Part shown: one piece after another, positions 57,833 through 64,000 of the stretch
Layout of the letters: each line of letters opens with the position of its first letter
Numbering within the stretch: position 1 is the stretch's first letter
IMG/VR virus record: IMGVR_UViG_3300041964_000148
Reading direction: 5' to 3' (one strand)
Length of the DNA: 64,000 bases
Source: a virus
Lineage: Duplodnaviria; Caudoviricetes
Translations under genes and position numbers: made by a program
Notes under the pieces: model-generated
What the model was told of the DNA's origin: nothing
Databases searched by the model: none
The model's input: only the letters and a program-made list of their open reading frames with translations

Positions 57833-59902
57833 ATGCAACAAACACTAGAAAAACCTTGGCTAATTGGATTTCGACTCTACCAACTAGACCTTCGGAGAGA
57901 AATTATAAAAGCCTGGAGAGAAGGCGCACAGAGGATACTGGTTCAACTTTGTACTGGTGGTGGCAAAAGCATGATTATTCGTTCATTCCAGCTAGAGCTG
58001 TGGCTGAAGGGCAAGAAAGTTCTGCTGGTTTGTCAAGATACTGGGATACTGACTCAGTTGTTAAGCCATGCGATTGAGTCTGGTATTCCTCAAGATCAGG
58101 TAGGGGTTCTAAAAGCCTGGAAAAGTGGCGAATATCCCCTTGAATTGCACAAGCCTATGCAGATTGCAATGGTTCAAAGCCTGACTAACAATTGGGAAGA
58201 ATTAACGTCGGGGACACATCCCCTTGCCCCCGATTTAATCCTAATTGATGAGTGCCATCATTGCGACAGCCAAAATAATTACTTCCAGCTTTGGGAGCAA
58301 TTTCCAGAGGCGAAAATACTAGGTTTGTCGGCTACTCCTGCCCGTCCCAACGGTCACGGCTTCTACTATCCAGAGGAAGAAGGGCAAGATAGAAAGTATT
58401 TATTTGATCGGCTCATTCTAGGAGTGCCAAAGCGATCGCTCATTGACCAAGGGTTTCTGCCAGAGTGCGGAACTTACTTTGCTCTAACCCCCAGTCTCAG
58501 AGGCGTGGCAAAGAAAAGAGGGGAATTCAGGGTAACAGGTGCTAATGGACTAGAGTCCCGATACAACAATGCCACTATTCGGGGTGATGTCATTCGTGCT
58601 TGGCGGGAGTTCGTTTACGACAGATTCGGTGCTGCTCCTACTATGTGCTATGGGGTGAGTGTTGCTCACATCAAAGACATCGCTGCTGATTTTAGAGCAA
58701 ACAATATCCCCGCTGTGGCTTTGCACGGGAAAATGGGCAGGGGTGAGCAGGCTAAAGTCCTGAAGTCATTTATCGCAAGAGAAGCGGTTATTTTGTGCCT
58801 GTGCGGCATGGGTCAAGAAGGCTTTGATCTGGCTACCCTAGCTAAGTCAATGGGGCTAGAAGCCGAAAACGTATTTTGCGTGATCAAGGCATTGGCAACA
58901 ACAAGCCTTGTTAAAAACTCACAGCTAGATGGACGAATACGAGGCATAGACTTAATGCGATGGAATTGGCGGCAATTGCCCGAAAAGGTTGAGGTTATTG
59001 AGACAGATCAACCAATAAATCAACCACAAGCAACAGACGCAGTTCTAGGAGGTTCTCGCTCACCGATTCATGGGGCAATGGTGCTAGGTGGAATGGCAGG
59101 GGTTGAATCGCTGCTCAAATCGAAGGATATAGGCGGAAGGGTAGCGGGAATTAAGAAGGTTCTGGCAATGTCCAGGCTTGACTTGTTGGAGCCTTTCTTA
59201 GTGCCAGGGAACGAAGACCCCTCCCCACAGGTTCAGGCGTTAGTTGAAACCATCCTAGATCATAAGGGGTTAGCTTCTGTGGGCAAGCTGCTTTACGGCG
59301 TGATAATCGACTGCGGCAACAATTTTGTCCGCCACGAAGTATACGACGCCGAACATGAATGGAGTTTGGAGGGGGTCACAGTTAGACCTCTTAATAGCAA
59401 GCAGTGTCCGGAGTGCAGCCTGGTTGGCTTGAAAGCCAACCTAAGCAAATGCCCAAATTGTGGTCACGTTTTCTCTAAAGAAAAAGTCGAAGAAAACAGC
59501 CAAACCCCAGCAGGCGAAGGGGCGACTATTAGCCAAGATAAAGAATGCCAAATGGCGCTATTAGACAAGGAGGCTTGGCGCTCTTGGAAAGAGTTAATGA
59601 AGGAAAAACGTAGCAACTATGTCGCGCTGACAGAATTTATTATGTCGGGCGCACCGATACCAGAAATAGCAAGAGCTGGAAGGCAATGTAAAACACAGAA
59701 AGGTATACCTTATAAGAAATATGCCATTTACAGTCTTTGGCTTGGTTGCCAGCGCAAAATTCATGGGCAACTTTGGCTCCCCACTTTAGAAGCATTAGAA
59801 GAGTGGTGCAATGCTTTCGGCTACAGAAGGGGAATAGCTAGGGACTGGATGGCTGAATGTGAAGAATATGTTACAAAAAGAAAAACCCCTTTGCTCTTCT
59901 AA
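57833..59902 (+). CDS. SF2 DExH helicase (RadD/YejH-like) with a Zn ribbon
   Basis: TGGGKS, DECHH, SATP, EGFD, Q..GR, CPEC/CPNC. Confidence 0.9.
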   Translation: MQQTLEKPWLIGFRLYQLDLRREIIKAWREGAQRILVQLCTGGGKSMIIRSFQLELWLKGKKVLLVCQDTGILTQLLSHAIESGIPQDQVGVLKAWKSGEYPLELHKPMQIAMVQSLTNNWEELTSGTHPLAPDLILIDECHHCDSQNNYFQLWEQFPEAKILGLSATPARPNGHGFYYPEEEGQDRKYLFDRLILGVPKRSLIDQGFLPECGTYFALTPSLRGVAKKRGEFRVTGANGLESRYNNATIRGDVIRAWREFVYDRFGAAPTMCYGVSVAHIKDIAADFRANNIPAVALHGKMGRGEQAKVLKSFIAREAVILCLCGMGQEGFDLATLAKSMGLEAENVFCVIKALATTSLVKNSQLDGRIRGIDLMRWNWRQLPEKVEVIETDQPINQPQATDAVLGGSRSPIHGAMVLGGMAGVESLLKSKDIGGRVAGIKKVLAMSRLDLLEPFLVPGNEDPSPQVQALVETILDHKGLASVGKLLYGVIIDCGNNFVRHEVYDAEHEWSLEGVTVRPLNSKQCPECSLVGLKANLSKCPNCGHVFSKEKVEENSQTPAGEGATISQDKECQMALLDKEAWRSWKELMKEKRSNYVALTEFIMSGAPIPEIARAGRQCKTQKGIPYKKYAIYSLWLGCQRKIHGQLWLPTLEALEEWCNAFGYRRGIARDWMAECEEYVTKRKTPLLF

Positions 59903-60001
59903 ATCGTAATATGAAGGCGATCGCAAAGCGCAGGTCGCCTTCCCTCGGATGTTCGCTTTTCAGTGAAATTAGATAGCTCAAAAAAGTAGTGGAAGACCCC
60001 A

Positions 60002-60634
60002 ATGAAAATTAACAGTTTGACGTTTCAAACAACCCCTTGTAGCGACGGGCGCATGGCTTTTATGTGTCCTGAACTTGGGATCTGTGAACTTCTGCCCGAT
60101 GATCCTGATGAGGATGAGGGTATTGTCTACAGAGTTGCAGACCTAGCGACAGTATGTGAGGAAGCCCTAGTTTTCCTCTGGGACGCTAAAGCACTAGAGG
60201 AGACCCCAGCCCTAGTTGAACTACTTAAAAGCATTGATTTAGATGACGCCAGGGAGGGCATTAACTCCTCCCGCGAGGAATGGGCAATCGAGAGCAATTA
60301 TCCAGCTCTAAAAACCCACTGGAACAGGAGAGTGGCAATCCCTTATATAAGGTGGGAGATGCCACAAGAAGATCGGTACGTTTCAAAAGCAGACTTTGCG
60401 ATCGCTATCGCAAATTGGGAACAAGAAAAGGAAGCAGAGAAAGAAGCATGGGAGATACTGCTCTGCAAAGGTAAAGATGATCAAAGGTGGATCGACTGGA
60501 TTCACTGGGTAACAAAAAAATTACTTCCAACTTATCAAAAGAAGTACCGGAAGAAGGTTTGGGAGGAGTGGGAAAAGGTTGGTTTACCAGTTTTGCCGTT
60601 TGAAGAGACTTTGAAGAGAAAAAAACCACTATAA
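60002..60634 (+). CDS. Hypothetical protein
   Basis: 210-aa ORF followed by a bidirectional terminator at 60641-60677. Confidence 0.55.
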   Translation: MKINSLTFQTTPCSDGRMAFMCPELGICELLPDDPDEDEGIVYRVADLATVCEEALVFLWDAKALEETPALVELLKSIDLDDAREGINSSREEWAIESNYPALKTHWNRRVAIPYIRWEMPQEDRYVSKADFAIAIANWEQEKEAEKEAWEILLCKGKDDQRWIDWIHWVTKKLLPTYQKKYRKKVWEEWEKVGLPVLPFEETLKRKKPL

Positions 60635-60697
60635 CCAAATAAAAACCCCCTTGATCGTGTTGATCAAGGGGGTTTTCAGAATTAAAGAGACTTGCAT

Positions 60698-62530
60698 TTA
60701 ACCAGCGATCGCTCTCATCTGCCGAGCCTCTTCCAGCTCCTGTTTTAATTGCTCAATTTCCCGTTCCTTTTGAGCTAACTGCGCCTCAATTGCCTGTGCC
60801 TGCTCAGAAAGAAACTGTTCATTCAGGATTTTATTCTCGTTCTCCTTCCTGAGTTCTTCATTTTCTGCCTGTAACTCACTCACCTGTAATCGCAGAAGAG
60901 TATTTAGATTTTGTACATTTTCTACCTCCTCCCTGGAAATTTTTTCTGGCTTCTCCCCTGTCTGCTTTCTAGGCTTTGGGTTGAAACGGAACTTGTATTT
61001 GTCCTCCCAGTTCTCCTCGGTGGAAACTGATTTGATCGTTTCAGAGATCGCCTTTTTGGTCAGCTCTGGCGCAGATTCAATAACGAGTTTCTTCGCCTCC
61101 AAAATTTCCTCTTCCTCAGCGTCTCTGAAGGTATCCATCCTTCTCAACTCCAAGGCTGCCGCATCGGACATCCCCTTGACCTTCACCTGAATATCCTGAT
61201 CTACTAGGGGTAGTAACTCACGCCGCTCTTGTTCGGCATTAGCCTTTTCCCTCGCACTGTTGGGACGATAAGGGAATCCTTCCTCGTCGTGAAGGCGCCG
61301 ACACATTTGCTCAAAAGTGCCGTATTCTTGGGACTTCCGGCGATTATCATTCTGGAAAACAACAAACTTGAGTTCCCACAGGTAGTCTGTCACCGCTTCG
61401 GAAAAAGGCTGGCTTATTTCGATCAACTTAACGGCGATCGCCCGACACTTCCTCTCATGTTCTGAGGTAAGGAAAGTCCAGTCCTCGCCCTCTTCCCCTT
61501 CTTCCTCTGTTACCTCTGCAATAGAGTCATCCAACTTCTTACAGTCACTATAAGAAGTTCCATCACTTTCCTCTTCCTCTGTTTCAGGATCTGTCTCAGG
61601 AGCGGCTTCCTCAACTGCTGCCGGTTGTGCAACTACTTCTGTTACTTGTAATTTGCTCACCACAGGGGAGCGTGGCGTAAATTGAAGTAAGTTACTTTTC
61701 GTTGGTTCTGGAGGCGTAAAGATCACTTCAATGGGGGCAAAATCATCTTCCTCTTGATCTTCTTCTCGATCCTCTTCCGGATCATCTAAGAAATCTTCTA
61801 AAAACCGTCCTTCTAGCCCTAACTCTCCCTCTATTTCCGGATATTCTAAGAAGTCTTCTTCGAGTTCTTCTAGGGGTTCTTCTGGGAGCAACTCTTCAAC
61901 AAAATCAGTAATTTCTGAGATTAGTTCCGGCATCGACACTTCGTTTGTCGCCTCAGCCTCTTCAAGAGGCTCAGCCCCAGCCCCCTGAAAAGGGGCAATT
62001 TCATCTTCTACTTCTAGCAATTTATCCAAAAGGGCTTGAGCCTCAGCCTGATCTTTTACAAACTTCGTTGATTGAATAGGATCTTGCCCTTTAATGTCAA
62101 AGCGCATTCCACTGGCAGTTACCGAGGCGATCGCCTTTACTCCCCTAGCCTCTACTGTTTGTTTTTTGGTGGGACGTAGGAACCGATCCTCAACCCACTT
62201 CTTATTCCAATTCCCACTAGGAGAAATAACGTTGCAGTAAGCTTTACCTTTATAAAAATCATCTACAGGATCATGCTGAATCACTTCAGCAAAAAAACCT
62301 GTGTGGTCGCCCCGATCATCGAAAATACTAAGGATTTCCCCAATTTTAAGTTTCTCAACTTCCTTTAAGGAAACTGAAGGTACCCAGTCTACTGTTCGCA
62401 GATCTTTACTGTAATTAGTGAGTTCACAACGAATTTGGTCTTTTTTCCCTTTTTCGATTACACGAGCATAATAGCCCTTATATTGCCCCTTAAGAACGCG
62501 ATTTATAGGACTTGCTGTAGTTGTAGACAT
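60698..62530 (-). CDS. Hypothetical protein with an acidic disordered linker and C-terminal coiled coil
   Basis: E/D-rich aa 170-350 and a heptad tail. Confidence 0.65.
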   Translation of the reverse strand: MSTTTASPINRVLKGQYKGYYARVIEKGKKDQIRCELTNYSKDLRTVDWVPSVSLKEVEKLKIGEILSIFDDRGDHTGFFAEVIQHDPVDDFYKGKAYCNVISPSGNWNKKWVEDRFLRPTKKQTVEARGVKAIASVTASGMRFDIKGQDPIQSTKFVKDQAEAQALLDKLLEVEDEIAPFQGAGAEPLEEAEATNEVSMPELISEITDFVEELLPEEPLEELEEDFLEYPEIEGELGLEGRFLEDFLDDPEEDREEDQEEDDFAPIEVIFTPPEPTKSNLLQFTPRSPVVSKLQVTEVVAQPAAVEEAAPETDPETEEEESDGTSYSDCKKLDDSIAEVTEEEGEEGEDWTFLTSEHERKCRAIAVKLIEISQPFSEAVTDYLWELKFVVFQNDNRRKSQEYGTFEQMCRRLHDEEGFPYRPNSAREKANAEQERRELLPLVDQDIQVKVKGMSDAAALELRRMDTFRDAEEEEILEAKKLVIESAPELTKKAISETIKSVSTEENWEDKYKFRFNPKPRKQTGEKPEKISREEVENVQNLNTLLRLQVSELQAENEELRKENENKILNEQFLSEQAQAIEAQLAQKEREIEQLKQELEEARQMRAIAG

Positions 62531-63213
62531 AGTTGGCTCTCTGTTGTTTGTATTTGGTTATCAACTTGCACTGGTATATCTAGACCGAGAAACTTGTTGT
62601 GCCCGCGAACGACCGCTCTGTTGTTCCGGTGATGTAATGCTGATGCTCCATCTAGGGCGATCGCTTCTTCATGTACCCCAGGTTCGCCCTTCCTGGGAGA
62701 AGTGGTGTAACCCTTGTGCTGGGCTAAACCGTACATGGAAAACTGAGGCCAGGACGCAAGGCGAGTGATTAGTTCGTCGCGCCATTCTTTGGCAATAATC
62801 GACGCAGCAGCGATCGCACAAATTTTGGTATCCCCTTTTATCACTGCCGATTGCCGACGCTTACCTATTCCTGGGATGAGGTTGCGTCCATCAACAAAGA
62901 TTTGATCAGCATTGATATTAAGCCCTTCAACCGCCCGCTTCATTGCCAAGAGGGATGCTCGGCAAATATCGCCTTCGTTAATTTCCCTGACTGAGCCTAC
63001 GCCAATCTTGTAACGCCCTATCTCCTTGAGTAAGGGGACAAGAACAGAGCGTTGTTTTGGGGAACGTTGTTTTGAGTCCCTCCCCTCGTACTTGCCCCAT
63101 TCCAGTACCTTTTCCAACTCCTGAAGATGTTCGGGAAGCGGACTATAGGCACAAGCTACGACAGGACCAAAGGCGGGCCCTAAGCCGACTTCATCTACGC
63201 CAATTAAAATCAT
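62503..63213 (-). CDS. rnhB: Ribonuclease HII
   Basis: GVDEVG.G, DSK, VDG, KGD....IAAASIIAK..RD, HKGY. Confidence 0.92.
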   Translation of the reverse strand: MILIGVDEVGLGPAFGPVVACAYSPLPEHLQELEKVLEWGKYEGRDSKQRSPKQRSVLVPLLKEIGRYKIGVGSVREINEGDICRASLLAMKRAVEGLNINADQIFVDGRNLIPGIGKRRQSAVIKGDTKICAIAAASIIAKEWRDELITRLASWPQFSMYGLAQHKGYTTSPRKGEPGVHEEAIALDGASALHHRNNRAVVRGHNKFLGLDIPVQVDNQIQTTESQLCLQLQQVL

Positions 63214-63228
63214 CAGAACACCTCCGAT

Positions 63229-63288
63229 GCGGGAAACTCAGTGTCCTTAGATCTGAGAGGAACGCACGGTAGCGGTTTTAACCGCCTA
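63229..63288 (+). mobile_element. IS200/IS605 left-end-like remnant
   Basis: GGGAAACTCAG...CTGAGAGGAAC hairpin followed by the palindrome GCGGTTTTAACCGC. Confidence 0.45.
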
Positions 63289-63381
63289 CAGTCTTTAGAA
63301 TCCATATCCATAACCATCCTTTTGGTGAATTTGCTGACAATATTTATATTTTCTCCGTCACGGTTCTCCGTGATGAATGTA

Positions 63382-63420
63382 ATGAACTGCTGCCAGTGCC
63401 TTACGGCTCAGGCAGTTTCT
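63382..63420 (-). mobile_element. IS200/IS605 right end / 3' part of the omega-RNA scaffold
   Basis: Minus strand AGAAACTGCC...GGCAGCAGTTCAT overlapping the tnpB stop. Confidence 0.6.
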
Positions 63421-64000
63421 GACGCTTCTTTTCCCACGCTTGCTGAAAGCCTCCACAATGTTTAGTTGTGGGTTTTTCAGTAGAGGCTTGAGATCCACGT
63501 TTGTCGAGCGTCGTTCCAACGCCCGTTGCCCATATTAGGCAAACTTTAGCTGAGGCTACATCTCTGTCTTCGACACAGCCGCAAGGACATTGATGTAGTC
63601 GTTCAGCCAGTGTTTTAGGTTTGACTTGCCAGCAGTCAGGACATCGTTGAGAAGGCTTGAGTGTCTTAGTTGGAGCTTTCAGAAATACCCCATCAGCTTC
63701 ACCTAATTTGTACTCCAGCATTCCCCCCAAAATTCCCCAACCTACATCCAAAATGGAGCGGTTTAGCCCAGACTTCTGTCGCTTCCGCTTTCCCTTCTTG
63801 GCTTTTTTAGTCATCCCCTTGATGTTGAGTTTCTCTGTCACGACCATGCTGTTACTGCTTACTATCTGTGTCGTGACCTGATGCGCCCAGTCTTGACGTT
63901 GATTAGTCGCTTTGCGCTGCAACTTATTGACTTTAGACTGAGCTTTTTTCCAGCGTTTTGATCCCTTAATCTTTTTCTTGAAATTGGGGCTACGTTTCCG
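63401..64000 (-). CDS. tnpB: TnpB RNA-guided nuclease, 5'-truncated by the window edge
   Basis: Frame open from 64000. RuvC-II TEKLNIKGM, SQRCPDC...CPCG Zn finger, RuvC-III DRD. Confidence 0.9.
   Translation of the reverse strand, partial: RKRSPNFKKKIKGSKRWKKAQSKVNKLQRKATNQRQDWAHQVTTQIVSSNSMVVTEKLNIKGMTKKAKKGKRKRQKSGLNRSILDVGWGILGGMLEYKLGEADGVFLKAPTKTLKPSQRCPDCWQVKPKTLAERLHQCPCGCVEDRDVASAKVCLIWATGVGTTLDKRGSQASTEKPTTKHCGGFQQAWEKKRQKLPEP

Larger units (their letters stand above)
362..62817. repeat. HIP1 (GCGATCGC) over-representation
   Basis: More than 50 copies by manual count (e.g. 362, 12083, 33213, 39873, 62810), against about 1 expected. Confidence 0.95.
6411..63373. repeat. Dispersed 16-bp element TCACGG-AGAA-CCGTGA, 9 copies
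   Basis: Starts at 6411(+), 13833(-), 16374(+), 25277(-), 29124(+), 41562(+), 42341(+, 1 mismatch), 51704(-), 63358(-). Confidence 0.95.

Noticed and set aside
1-64000. CRISPR array, rRNA, reverse transcriptase, integrase
   Set aside because: No regularly spaced repeat-spacer array and no recognisable motifs for these were seen.

Overview
This window looks like 64 kb of a large tailed phage or prophage of a freshwater/terrestrial cyanobacterium. The HIP1 octamer GCGATCGC occurs more than 50 times by manual count, against about 1 expected. Virion and packaging genes: the 3' part of a tape-measure gene, tail-initiator-like and tail-fibre-like genes, a GH19/NlpC-P60 tail hydrolase, a GpA-type large terminase, a distant small terminase, and an endolysin with a possible holin. 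Nucleotide and nucleic-acid metabolism: class II ribonucleotide reductase split by a group I intron with a LAGLIDADG endonuclease, MazG, YjjX-like NTPase, RNase HII, RNA ligase and an SF2 helicase. Mobile material: two TnpB copies, orphan IS200/IS605 ends, a free HNH gene, and an AT-rich island with rolling-circle Rep, CopG and YoeB. Best novelty candidates: (1) four paralogous genes right after the tape measure that share an N-terminal KEYxAxWL...RDExGRFA leader and a hydrophobic hairpin but have different C-termini (one a lipase-type hydrolase, one followed by a tiny acidic ORF), resembling a virion-delivered polymorphic effector/immunity system; (2) a 16-bp element TCACGG-AGAA-CCGTGA found nine times across the window; (3) a 69-nt tRNA/tmRNA-like mini-RNA with alanine identity elements next to the Rep/YoeB island. 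All family calls come from recognising motifs by eye; no searches were run.
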